From positions 124,001 through 188,000 of the forward strand of contig NIVC01001370.1 of NCBI GenBank assembly GCA_002269645.1: a stretch of 64,000 nucleotides of DNA, written 5' to 3'. The number at the start of each line of letters is the position of its first letter. Position 1 is the stretch's first letter. Both the position numbers and the translations under genes were made by a program. Positions 11,781 to 23,475 of the stretch are shown one piece after another. This stretch comes from Macrostomum lignano (lineage: Eukaryota). The notes under the pieces are model-generated. The model was not told the origin of the DNA. It was given only the letters and a program-made list of their open reading frames with translations, and made no database searches.

Positions 11781-13211
11781 ATGTCGCTGGTAAATATCTA
11801 TCTCCATCTAACACTGCTGCTGCTGTCGCTTCTTCAGCTGGTTGTCATGACAACCTGCGCTGTGAATATCAGCCAGCCGTTAGTCGAGCCAGCCGTTCCC
11901 GCGGGCCAGCGCAGCCTGCTGGACGATCTGACCCGCCTGGTGGCCGACGGCGGCTCCATTCGCGTTGATCCCGCTGGACGCCGGCTGCTGGAGGCCGATC
12001 CCGATTCTCTGCAACGAGCCGTGGCCAATCAAAGACTAGCGGTCACCTCAGCGACGCCGGCGGTCTTAAAACTCATGGCCGGCCTAGCAGCCGCCGTGTC
12101 CCAACCCATGGCCACTCTGGACGCTTGTCTGGTCTGGCGTCGAACAGAGTCGGCCAGCGTGACAGCTGGTGTCAATCGCGACGGCCTGTACTTTTTGACG
12201 CTGTTCCACTCGTCGGTTTGGTCAATGCTGCTGCTGTGCCTGCTGCTGACGATTTCGATTCTGACGATCTTGGAGGCGGTCCACCCGATAGGCATGCGCT
12301 CGCCCCGCGCCAGACGGTTGAGCCGAGGCGGCGGCGACAAGCCGATTGGCGCCTTCCACGCACTGGCGTTCTCTACGGCCGCCCTACTGATGGTCGGCTA
12401 TCCGCGCACTCCAAAGAGCACCGCCGGCCGAGTTTTAGGCGTCTTCTGGTGGCTATTTGCCTTCAGCATCGCTGTGGCTTACCTGTCAGCCACCGTGTTA
12501 GTCTTCCTGACCACCCAGAGCGAGCCTGTGCAGTCCAGCGCTGGTCTAGTCGATGTGTTGAGCTCAAACCAGTCAGCCGGACGGACAGTCCTCTGCGCGG
12601 CCGGTGAACCGCTTTGCAGCGACTGGGCTCGTCCGGAACAGTTGGCCCTGGCCAACTTTACCGAGGTGCCGTCTGATTCGGCTGGACTCGAACAGCTGCT
12701 CCAGCAGCAGAGCTCGGCTGAGCAGCCATTGCTTCTACTTACACATCAGTTTGCTTGCGCCAATCTGATGGCTGTTGATACTAATCAGAGCTACTCGGTC
12801 GGAATCCTGGCCAAGTCGGTTGCCTGGGTTGGCTTGGCCGGACCGTTGGATCTGGTGCGCCAGGCTGATGCAAAGATTGTTGAGGTGCTGGCGGCTGGGC
12901 GAATTGCTGAGCTTGGAAGGCAGCACGGGCTAGCGGGTGTTGAGATTTATAACGAAGTTGACGCCACTGGGAGAGGTCTGGTTGGCGAATGGCTGTCGGA
13001 GCTCCGGTTAGGCCTACCGTATCGCATCGGTTCGTTTTATGGCCCGCTGATTCTGCTGCTAGTTGGCTTCGGATTGACGCTGTGCACAACCATTAGCGAG
13101 TTTTGCTATTATCGTTTCTTTTTCGAGCCAGAAGAGGAAGATGCGGAGGAAGCACTTGCGAAGAAGGAAAGCGACGTCTCCGTTGATGCCACAATGGACA
13201 CTTACCTGTAG
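11781..13211 (+). CDS. Divergent ionotropic glutamate receptor-like / IR-like channel subunit (476 aa, single exon)
   Basis: Signal peptide; M1 (FLTLFHSSVWSMLLLCLLL, cf. FLxPFxxxVW); M2 loop ALAFSTAALLMVG; P-x-S-x-x-GR-x-x-x-x-x-WW-x-F linker and M3; S2-like region; M4 (GSFYGPLILLLVGFGLTL…SEF); acidic tail. Confidence 0.85.
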   Translation: MSLVNIYLHLTLLLLSLLQLVVMTTCAVNISQPLVEPAVPAGQRSLLDDLTRLVADGGSIRVDPAGRRLLEADPDSLQRAVANQRLAVTSATPAVLKLMAGLAAAVSQPMATLDACLVWRRTESASVTAGVNRDGLYFLTLFHSSVWSMLLLCLLLTISILTILEAVHPIGMRSPRARRLSRGGGDKPIGAFHALAFSTAALLMVGYPRTPKSTAGRVLGVFWWLFAFSIAVAYLSATVLVFLTTQSEPVQSSAGLVDVLSSNQSAGRTVLCAAGEPLCSDWARPEQLALANFTEVPSDSAGLEQLLQQQSSAEQPLLLLTHQFACANLMAVDTNQSYSVGILAKSVAWVGLAGPLDLVRQADAKIVEVLAAGRIAELGRQHGLAGVEIYNEVDATGRGLVGEWLSELRLGLPYRIGSFYGPLILLLVGFGLTLCTTISEFCYYRFFFEPEEEDAEEALAKKESDVSVDATMDTYL

Positions 13212-14625
13212 TAAATTTTCCGGTGTACATGTGTGGTGTTTATTTTTCAAGTTTTATCATTTTGTGCTGATTAAAATGATACTTTCAAAAAATATTTATG
13301 GAAGAAAAGTTTCTTCATATATTGTTTTTTAGCACGACACATGTCTTAGCTCGTGTATTTGTAGACAAAATCGAAAATTTGTGCAGCAATCATACATGCC
13401 ATTCGTATGATTTAATAACAATGTTAGACTGAGATAAGCGATGTTGGTTGTCTTTCGAAACCGGCAAATGAAACAAGAAAATAATGGCTTAATTTTTTAT
13501 AAAAATAGGTTATGGTGGTAATTGTAATTACATGTACATGTATAGTGCCTTTTTGCCAGTAGTGCAGTTAAAATCTTAATGCATTATTGCTATTCCTTCT
13601 ATCAAATATTCGTATCGAGTCAACAAAATGGCTTCGACTTATTGGCCTTAATCCATACTTGTGGATCCATCATGTGGATGCATGATCCGTTTGCGGTTTT
13701 TCCCAAACTTGAAATTAAATCCGTAAGTTTAAGTAACGTTAACAACAAACAAAGAAATCTAAAATATTTTTAATTTTCGGTTAAAAACAAAAAAGCATTA
13801 TCAATTTTTGTTTTTAAATTAAAAAAAAGTAATCCCCATCTAAAGCCTTACAAAATATATTGAAGAATGAGGTTTCGTAGCGTACATTCAACAAAGAAAT
13901 TCGTATACTATTTAACATATTCTATTGAAAGCATTATTCCAAACCCTAGGCATGATGCGATAGTGGATACAATACTCTTATGCTCGTGGTGTCGTGCTTG
14001 TGTTACGTTTTCAATATAGTTAATAATAAGTTAATCAGTTATTTGTTCGATTCGACTACTGACTGGCAAAGTCATGTTTGCATATTTGGTGAAAGCATTT
14101 TCATTCGATCCATTTGATACTACAGAAGTCTTCCAAGCAGGTACGTTTGTTTTCTACTTTGTTTGGAAGTTGAATCTGCATCAGTGTTATATCTTAAATA
14201 GTATAACTTTTATCATATTTAATTTAGACTTTTTTAAGTATACACTATGACAAGATTAGAATAGTATATTTAAATAATAATGCTAAAACTATAAAAGTGA
14301 ATACAACTAAAAAATCTTGTTTAACGTTTTTCATTTAACAAAGCTTTATTTTAATTTTAAATTTAAATAAAGTCTAAGAAGTCAACAGTTAAGCCTATTT
14401 TTTATTTTATATAAATCTCATAGTAACTGGTACTTAATATAATATTACAGATTTTTTAGGCACTCTTGCTTTATTATAGAGTGTATTTGTTGATTCTTAT
14501 AGTTCAATGTTATATATACCAATTGTTTATAAATCAAAAATTTTTAGAGTGCATTGTTTATTACCTGATAAATCATTTTGATCTTTTTACTATGGAGTTG
14601 CCTCACATTTTTAACAGCCCGAACC

Positions 14626-14826
14626 ATGCGCATGGACCGAAGCCTCGCCGGGCAGCCAGACGACACCGGGCCCTGTTTCTGCTTCTCTGACCTCATTGTC
14701 GAGGTTAATCGCACCGTGTACGACGAGTTCGGCATCGGCAACCCGGCCGGTCCGCGCTCCGTCCGACTGGCTGCCCGGCGAGCCGAGGAGATCGTCAAGG
14801 TGCGACGACCGACGACGACAGAGCTG
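14626..14826 (+). CDS. Probable N-terminal exon of the ankyrin-DHHC gene
   Basis: GC-rich island; acceptor tttaacag| at 14618, ATG 14626, donor CTG|gtgagg (phase 0) compatible with acceptor ttatgcag| at 15158. Confidence 0.5.
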
Positions 14827-15151
14827 GTGAGGGGGGCTTTGTTGTGCTAGCATGAATCTTGAAGTCAATGGTACGAAAAATATCGAAGAAAAATTGGCTT
14901 CCAACGTCAGTTCGAGCTGGCATTGGTGTTCATTTATAAATATTGGTGTCATTGAATTCCGTTATTAGTTTAGCTGCTTTTAAACGAACCGCTGCAATCA
15001 TCTAGCAAAGACGGCTTAAAGTAAAATTTCGTTTCGTGGAAAACCTTCTTTTGAATTCTAAGAAGAATGTTCCTATCTCGACAGTGCATTTTCTAAGAAA
15101 CTAAGTTTCCTGTTTATCCATTATATCATATCATATCATGCCATCGAATTT

Positions 15152-15798
15152 ATGCAGACATCGTCGCCGACCAATCCGACCTCCACCGCGACACCGTCGG
15201 AGGACATCGTCTCAGCGGCGCTGCAGGGTCGGGCTGGCCACCTGAGAATCTTCGAGCAGCGCCAGGGCGCCGCTTCGCTTGACAGCGCGCGCGACTCGGC
15301 GGGCAACTCGCCGGCGCACTGGGCGGCCCTGGCAGGCCGTTGTCCAGTGCTTCGCATCCTCGGCCCCGGCCGGTGCCGGACGCCAAACTCAGCCAACCAG
15401 TTGCCGCTTCACTGGGCCTGCGTCAATGGCCAGCTGTCCGCTGTACAGTTCCTTCTTGACCTGCCCGAAGCTGGCGCCGACTTAGACGCTCGCGACGGCC
15501 GCGGCTGCAGTCCGCTGATTGTCGCCTGCCAGTTCGGCCAGGCCGACACCGCCGCCTACCTGATGGGCCGCGGCGCCCGCCTCAACGCCGCCGACGTCGA
15601 GGGCGACACGGCGCTGCACTGGGCGGCCTACCTGGGACTGCCGGACCTTGTCGGCCTGCTGGTCTACTCGGGGCTCAGCGTTCGACAGCGGGACTCGCAC
15701 GGCCAGACGCCTCTTCATCTGGCCTGCCTGACCGGCTGCCTGTCGGCGGTGCGCAACCTGAGAGAGCGCTACGGCGCCGATCCGGACGCATTGGACAG
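15152..15798 (+). CDS. Ankyrin-repeat DHHC palmitoyltransferase (ZDHHC13/17, Akr1/HIP14 family), ankyrin exon
   Basis: Ankyrin motifs [43 protein letters not shown]; donor AG|gttggc. Starts at ATG 15152, or at 15158 if spliced. Confidence 0.9.
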
Positions 15799-15924
15799 GT
15801 TGGCGCCGCGCGCTACTGCTTGTCTTCGATTTTATTCTAGAATTTTCCTTCTCTCAATTACTTTGACGTGCCCACAGTTTCACTTCACTGAGCCAACCCA
15901 TTGGAGCGCCGTCAGTCCCTTCTA

Positions 15925-16265
15925 TGACCATCCTTTGAAATGGCGCCATCCCCTCCATGACCATCATTTAAAACGGCGCCATCCCCTACGTGACTATCCG
16001 TTGATATGCCGCCGCCCCCTCCGTGAATATTCTTTGAAATGGCGCCATTCCCTCCGTGAATATCCTTTAAAGTGGCGCCATTCCCTCCGTGAATATCCTT
16101 TAAAATGGCGCCATTCCCTCCGTGAATATCCTCTGAAATGGCGCCATTCCCTCCGTGAATATCCTCTGAAATGGCGCCATTCCCTTCGTGAATATCCTCT
16201 GAAATGGCGCCATTCCCTTCGTGAATATCCTCTGAAATGGCGCCATTCCCTCCGTGATTATCCTT
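15925..16265. repeat. 33-bp intronic minisatellite (…GAATATCCTCTGAAATGGCGCCATTCCCTCCGT)
   Basis: Gives the [11 protein letters not shown] repeats in the read-through ORF; inside intron 15799-16299. Confidence 0.93.
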
Positions 16266-16299
16266 TGATGTACCGCCAAAAAATAATTTCATTCATCAG

Positions 16300-16845
16300 A
16301 TCGGGCCGGACTCCGTTGCAACTGGCGGTCGCCCGCCGCCAGTACGAAGTGTCGGCCTACATGCAGGCGGACCTGATCTCCCGCAACTCCGGCCCGCTGT
16401 CGCCTCAGGCCTTCCTGACCAGCGTCAGCCATTGGATTCTCGGACCGCCCGGCCGTAGCCGCGGCCCCGCGATCTGCCTGCTGCTGGCCTGCCTGGCCTT
16501 CGCTCTGCCCGTCTACCTGAGGCGCGTCCGACCGCTGACTGTCGACGAGTTCCCTGGCGTCAACGCCGCGTTCTTAATTGCGACCGTCGTAGCCGGCCTC
16601 GCCCACTGGCGCTGCTTCGCCGCCGACCCCGGCCTGCTGTCCCCGGCCCCGGAAGAGTACGACAGGGCGATGGCCCTCGCCGGCTGCATCCAGGAGCAGC
16701 TGGATAGGCGATGGAACCGGCTCTGCCACACCTGCCGATTGGTGCGGCCGCCGAGGGCGAAGCATTGCCGATTGTGCGATCGCTGCGTCAGAGATATGGA
16801 CCACCACTGTCCGTATTTTGACAACTGCGTTGGTGACGGAAATAG
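16300..16845 (+). CDS. Ankyrin-DHHC palmitoyltransferase, TM1-2 and DHHC-CRD exon
   Basis: ttcatcag|A acceptor; SGRTPLQLA; two TM helices; [37 protein letters not shown]; donor AG|gtgcgc. Confidence 0.93.
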
Positions 16846-16877
16846 GTGCGCAATAGCGTTTGCTGATAGCCGTGTCT

Positions 16878-17241
<364 letters not shown>

Positions 17242-17397
17242 CTGTTTTACTGAGCTGCGTTTTAGGCTTGGAGTTTGTTGTTGCTGTGAAGTGTTTGTGA
17301 GGCTTGGGAGTTGGTTGTTGCTGTGAGGCTGGGGGTCAGTTGTTGCTGGCTGTCAATGCAAACCAGAAGGCTCAGTCACACCTTGAACCGACTGCAG

Positions 17398-17563
17398 GCA
17401 CTGGTTCACCCTGCTGACAATGGCAGCTACAACTTGCGGCATACTGGGCGCATTTCTGCTCTACCAGTGCCTCCTAGAGACCGGATTCGAGTACATGACC
17501 TCCGCATTGATGGCCTTTGTTTGCTTTGTTTCTCTTGTGGCCCTCATTAGTTCGTCTTGTGCG
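17398..17563 (+). CDS. Ankyrin-DHHC palmitoyltransferase, TM3-4 exon
   Basis: actgcag|G continues N-R-H-W-F; hydrophobic helices; donor GCG|gtaagt. Confidence 0.85.
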
Positions 17564-17607
17564 GTAAGTTTATTAAGCTTGTATAAAGTTGAATATTACT
17601 TTATAAG

Positions 17608-19172
17608 CTCAGGGAGGGAGAGTAGAGATGGGGAGGGAGAGTAGAGATAGGGAGGGAGAGTAAAGATGGGGAGGGAGAGTAGGGACTGGGAGGGAGAGGA
17701 GAGATAGGGAGGGAGAGTAGGGACTGGGAGGGAGAGGAGAGATAGGGAGGGAGAGTAGAGACGGGGAGGGAGAGTAGAGACGTGGAGGTAGAGTAGAGAC
17801 TGGAGAAGGAGAGTAGAGACGGGGAGGGAGAGTAGAGACGTGGAGGGAGAGTAGAGACTGGAGAAGGAGAGTAGAGACTGGGAGGGAGAGTAGAGACTGG
17901 GAGGGAGAGTAGAGATGGGGAGGGAGAGTAGAGATGGGGAGGGAGAGTAGAGATAGGGAGGGAGAGTAGAGACGGGGAGGGAGAGTAGAGATGGGGAGGG
18001 GAGTAAAGACGGGGAGGGAGAGTAGAGACTGGGAGGAAGAGTAGAGACTGGGAGGGAGAGTAGAGACTGGGGAGGTAGAGTAGAGACTGGAGAAGGAGAG
18101 TAGACACGGGGAGGGAGAGTAGAGACGGGGAGGGAGAGTAGAGACTGGAGAAGGAGAGTAGAGACTGGAGAAGGAGAGTAGAGACTGGAGAAGGAGAGTA
18201 GAGACTGGAGAAGGAGAGTAGAGACGAGGAGCGAGAGTAGAGACGGGGAGTGAGAGTAGAGACGGGGAGGGAGAGTAGAGACATGGAGGGAGAGTAGAGA
18301 CTGGAGAAGGAGAGTAGAGACTGGGAGGGAGAGTAGAGACTGGGAGGGAGAGTAGAGATGGGAGGGAGAGTAGAGATGGGGAGGGAGAGTAGAGATAGGG
18401 AGGGAGAGTAGAGACGGGGAGGGAGAGTAGAGATGGGGAGGGAGAGTAAAGACGGGAGGGAGAGTAGAGACTGGGAGGGAGAGGAGAGACTGGGGAGGTA
18501 GAGTAGAGACTGGAGAAGGAGAGTAGACACGGGAGGGAGAGTAGAGACGGGGAGGGAGAGTAGAGACTGGAGAAGGAGAGTAGAGACTGGAGAAGGAGAG
18601 TAGAGACTGGAGAAGGAGAGTAGAGACTGGAGAAGGAGAGTAGAGACTGGAGAAGGAGAGTAGAGACGAGGAGCGAGAGTAGAGACGGGGAGTGAGAGTA
18701 GAGACGGGGAGGGAGAGTAGAGACGTGGAGGGAGAGTAGAGACTGGAGAGGAGAGTAGAGACTGGGAGGGAGAGTAGAGACTGGGAGGGAGAGTAGAGAT
18801 GGGAGGGAGAGTAGAGATGGGGAGGGAGAGTAGAGATGGGAGGGAGAGTAGAGACGGGGAGGGAGAGTAGAGATGGGGAGGGAGAGTAGAGACGGGGAGG
18901 GAGAGTAGAGACGGGAGGGAGAGTAGAGACTGGGGAGGGAGTAGAGACTGGGAGGAGAGTAGAGACTGGGAGGGAGAGTAGAGACGGGGAGGGAGAGTAG
19001 AGACTGGAGAAGGAGAGTAGAGACTGGAGAAGGAGAGTAGAGACTGGAGAAGGAGAGTAGAGACTGGAGAAGGAGAGTAGAGACGAGAGTAGAGACGAGA
19101 GTAGAGACGGGGAGTGAGAGTAGAGACGGGGAGTGAGAGTAGAGACGGGGAGAAAGAGTAGAGACGGATCTC
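17608..19172. repeat. GA-rich ~19-21-bp minisatellite (GGGGAGGGAGAGTAGAGAC), intronic
   Basis: Tandem array starting CTCAGGGA and ending GAGACGGATCTC. Confidence 0.95.
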
Positions 19173-19210
19173 GTTACCTGCACTAAGAATGTCATACCCG
19201 CTCTCTCCAG

Positions 19211-19438
19211 TGGTACCACGCCGCACTGAACATCACTACCAACGAGACCATGAATCTTCACCGCTACTTCTATCTGCGCGACGCCAAAGGTCGCATTCGA
19301 AATCCGTTCGACCGAGGACTGTTCTCCAATCTGCTGGAGTATTTTCACTTACGAAAAGGAACCCACGACCGACTTCTATCTGATGGTTTGGTGGAAGTTG
19401 TCAATGGCAACAATGGTTGCGCGGCTGGTGTAGTGTGA
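19211..19438 (+). CDS. Ankyrin-DHHC palmitoyltransferase, last exon
   Basis: ctctctccag| phase 0; conserved NITTNE (TTxE) and NPFDRG (PaCCT) motifs; TGA stop. Confidence 0.9.
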   Translation, partial: WYHAALNITTNETMNLHRYFYLRDAKGRIRNPFDRGLFSNLLEYFHLRKGTHDRLLSDGLVEVVNGNNGCAAGVV

Positions 19439-19677
19439 AGACTCTTCAAACCCACAGCCGTGCGTCATTGACTTGAACTGAATTTCGTAACAACCAATTA
19501 TCCAGCTATATCTTGCTGCAGCTGAAAATTAGTGATTTTTTTTCGAAGTTCTACTCACGAGTAGTATAGTCTGAGTGTGAATTGATTATAAAGTGAAATC
19601 AGCCTCAATTTTTTATTGTACGCAACAGCTCCTTTTTATCCGTGGCCGTGTGCTGCTGCAATGCATTCCTCTGTAAC

Positions 19678-20542
19678 CAGGGGCGTCGTCAACGGCGGGA
19701 CAGGAGGGGACATTCCCCTCACCAGTAAAAGCTATTGAGTGCCTGCGGCGCCAAAATGAGTGCCTGCGGCGCTAAATGAGTGCCAGCCTGTGGCGCTAAA
19801 ATGAGTGCCAGCCTGCGGCGCCAAAATGAGTGGCTGCGGTGCCAAAATGAGTGCCAGTCTGCGGCGCTAAAATGAGTGCCAGTCTGCGGCGCTAAAATGA
19901 GTGGCTGCGGCGCCAAAATGAGTGGCTGCGGCGCCAAAATGAGTGCCAGTCTGCGGCGCTAAAATGAGTGGCTGCGGCGCCAAAATGAGTGCCAGCCTGC
20001 GGCGCCAAAATGAGTGGCTGCCTGCGGTGCCAAAATGAGTGCCAGCCTGCGGCGCCAAAATGAGTGGCTGCCTGCGGTGCCAAAATGAGTGCCAGCCTGC
20101 GGCGCCAAAATGAGTGGCTGCCTGCGGTGCCAAAATGAGTGCCAGCCTGCGGCGCTAAAATGAGTGGCTGCGGCGCCAAAATGAGTGCCAGCCTGCGGCG
20201 CCAAAATGAGTGGCTGCCTGCGGTGCCAAAATGAGTGCCAGTCTGCGGCGCTAAAATGAGTGGCTGCGGCGCCAAAATGAGTGCCAGCCTGCGGCGCCAA
20301 AATGAGTGGCTGCCTGCGGTGCCAAAATGAGTGCCAGCCTGCGGCGCTAAAATGAGTGGCTGCGGCGCCAAAATGAGTGCCAGCCTGTGGCGCCAAAATG
20401 AGTGCCTGCGGCTCCAAAATGAGTGCCTGCGGCGCCAAAATAAGTGCTAACAACACTGATTCCCAAAATAATGTAGGAATTTAGTCACGTCGAATTCTTG
20501 ACTTCGTCTCCCCCACCCATAAAATCCATGGAGACGCCCGTA
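19678..20542. mobile_element. hAT-like MITE filled with a GCGGCGCCAAAATGAGTG tandem array (~19740-20445)
   Basis: Left end CAGGGGCGTCGTCAACGG; degenerate inverted right end CCATGGAGACGCCCGTA; internal 21-28-bp units. No clean TSD. Confidence 0.55.
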
Positions 20543-20839
20543 TGTAAATAAGGTTATTTAACATTTCTTTTCTCTTTCAAACACGTTGCCTCTGATTTGA
20601 CTTTGCTTGATACTTTTGCTTCTAATGTACTGTGTTTTGTGTTTTTGACAAGGCTGCTTTTTCTTGGCTGCTGTGCCTTCACTAACATTTTTAAAGATTA
20701 AAATAAATTGCAAATTTATTGTATTTGATTTCACATAAGCTAAATTCTATTAATTCTATTCTACAGTGTAATTATATTCTAGGCGGACAGAACCTGGCTT
20801 CGACCATCATCACCGCGCTGCCAGATCCTTCTTTTCTTT

Positions 20840-21172
20840 TAACATTTTTCCTGCCTTCCTCCAACGAGGCAGTTAAGGCCAGCATTACCCTCGGGTACGT
20901 GCCAAAAGCCTAGCAAGAAGCCAAGATCGTCTTCATACCCAAACCAGGGTAGTGAGATTATCACTCTCCCGAAGCTTAACCGCCCCATCAGCCTGACGTC
21001 TTTCTTCCTCAAACTGATGGAATGGGGCTGGTGCTTTGGCGTCTCCTCGTGGAGCTGAGGAACTCCCGCTCTTCCCGAACCAGCACGCATTTCGAGCTGG
21101 ACGCTCCATCGAAAGCGCGCTACCTGTCATTGTCGACAAGCTGGAGCGCGCCTTGCTATACAGTGGTTACGC
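20840..21172 (+). mobile_element. Non-LTR retrotransposon RT fragment (LOA/R1-like), disrupted
   Basis: KASITLGYVPKA*QEAKIVFIPKPG…PISLTSFFLKLME…LFPNQHAFRAGRSIESALPVIVDKLERAL: typical LINE RT N-terminal motifs with stops and frameshifts. Confidence 0.8.
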
Positions 21173-21173
21173 A

Positions 21174-21902
21174 CTCAGGGAGAGGAAGGGGCGTGAGAGT
21201 AGAGATGGGGAGGGAGAGGAGAGACGGGGAGGGAGAGTAGAGACGGGGAGGGAGAGTAGAGACGGGGAGGGAGAGTAGAGACGGGGAGGGAGAGTAGAGA
21301 CGGGGAGGGAGAGTAGAGACGGGGAGGGAGAGTAGAGACGGGGAGGGAGAGTAGAGACGGGGAGGGAGAGTAGAGACGGGGAGGGAGAGTAGGGACTAAG
21401 GGGAAAGGAGAGACGGGGAGGGAGAGTAGAGACGGGGAGTGAGAGTAGGGACTAAGGGGAAAGGAGAGACGGGGAGGGAGAGTAGAGACTTAGGGGAAAG
21501 GAGAGGCGGGGAGGGAGAATAGAGACGGGGAGGGAGAGTAGAGACTAAGGGGAAAGGAGAGACGGGGAGGGAGAGTAGAGACTTAGGGGAAAGGAGAGGC
21601 GGGGAGGGAGAATAGAGACGGGGAGGGAGAGTAGATATGGGGAGGGAGAGTAGAGACGGGGAGGGAGAGTAGAGACGGGGAGTGTGAGTAGAGACGGGGA
21701 GTGAGAGTAGAAACGGGGAGTGAGAGTAGAGACGGGGAGTGAGAGTAGAGACTGGGAATGAGAACAGAGACAAGGAGTGAGAGTAGAGACGGGGAGTGAG
21801 ACTAGAGACGGGGACTGAGAGTAGAGACGGGGAGTAAGAGTAGAGACGGGAGTGAGAGTAGAGACGGGGAGTCAGAGTAGAGGAAGAGGTGAGACGGATC
21901 TC
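21174..21902. repeat. Second copy of the GGGGAGGGAGAGTAGAGAC array family
   Basis: Same unit and same end motifs (CTCAGGGA … GAGACGGATCTC) as 17608-19172. Confidence 0.93.
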
Positions 21903-21916
21903 CAACCTACACATTT

Positions 21917-21978
21917 GGCCGTATGAGGTGAGTTTGAGGTGAAACTCGCCAGTTATTGCTCACTTTATTCATACGGCC
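21917..21978. mobile_element. 62-bp minimal element with the same TIR as 2078-2931
   Basis: GGCCGTATGA … TTTATTCATACGGCC. Confidence 0.65.
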
Positions 21979-22234
21979 AATTGCTTGATTTGCATCATGT
22001 CTGAATTCAATTCATTGTTAATTGTCACAGAATAATGATATTCGAAATTCTCAGCTCGTGACTTTGAATTTATGCTCTGAACTTGGCAACAATGTATGCT
22101 TGGTTGTCAAGTCTGTTAAAAGTAATAATTGCCTGATCACTTTAATCAAGCTAAAAGTGAGCATCGATATTCTTTCTTTATTAAGATCCACCAGATAGCT
22201 TCATGAGCTATATGAAAAGCAAAGATGCAGCCAG

Positions 22235-22930
22235 TCTCTCCTCTCCACTCCCTCTCCAGTCTCTCCTCTCCCTCCCAGTCTCTCCTCCCTCCCCAGTCTC
22301 TCCTCTCCCTCCCCAGTCTCTCCTCTCCCTCCCCAGTCTCTCCTCTCCCTCCCCAGTCTCTCTTCTCCCTCCCCAGTCTCTCCTCTCCCTCCCCAGTCTC
22401 TCCTCTCCCTCGTCAGCCTCCCCTCTCCCTCCCCAGTCTCTCCTCTCCCTCCCCAGTCTCTCCTCTCCCTCGTCAGCCTCCCCTCTCCCTCCCCAGTCTC
22501 TGCTCTCCCTCCCCAGTCTCTCTTCTCCCTCCCCAGTCTCTCTTCTCCCTCCCCAGTCTCTCCTCTCCCTCCCCAGTCTCTCTTCTCCCTCCCCAGTCTC
22601 TCTTCTCCCTCCCCAGTCTCTCTTCTCCCTCCCCAGTCTCTCCTCTCCCTCCCCAGTCTCTCCTCTCCCTCCCCAGTCTCTCTTCTCCCTCCCCAGTCTC
22701 TCCTCTCCCTCCCCAGTCTCCCCTCTCCCTCCCCAGTCTCTCCTCTCCCTCCCCAGTCTCTCCTCTCCCTCCCCAGTCTCTCCTCTCCCTCCCCAGTCTC
22801 TCTTCTCCCTCCCCAGTCTCTCCTCTCCCTCCCCAGTCTCTCTTCTCCCTCCCCAGTCTCTCCTCTCCCTCCCCAGTCTCTCCTCTCCTCCCCAGTCTCT
22901 CCTCTCCCTCCCCAGTCTCTCCTCTCCCTC
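22235..22930. repeat. 20-bp minisatellite (CTCTCCCTCCCCAGTCTCTC)n
   Basis: Tandem units seen directly. Confidence 0.95.
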
Positions 22931-23269
22931 TGTTTTCGTTTTGCTGTCAACTGACTGCGGCTTCTGATCAGGTAATATGGAATTTCCTGGCAAACCCATC
23001 ACTTTGATAACCGCCCAGCCATTCGGTGCACTTAATACAGATTCTGCCGGCACAGCAGTGTCTCCATTAGATTTGACTGATTTATAACTGCTGCCTGTCA
23101 CGCACTCGTTCATTTTATCGCTCAGCCCGTCACTCTTTGATTTGCTTTCCAACTGGCTGGCAACTGTGATTTCTGAGCTCCCAGTAGCCGTCAGTGTCTG
23201 AAAGTGCGGGTTTGTCAATTCTCTACGCTAGTATACAAGCAGAAGCACTCGGTGTGTGCAGTGAGGAAG

Positions 23270-23475
<206 letters not shown>

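Noticed and set aside
22930-23218. Non-repetitive part of the 336-aa minus-strand ORF
   Set aside because: No homology recognised, alternative start codon, ambiguous splice sites; could be an unmodelled exon but is unsupported.
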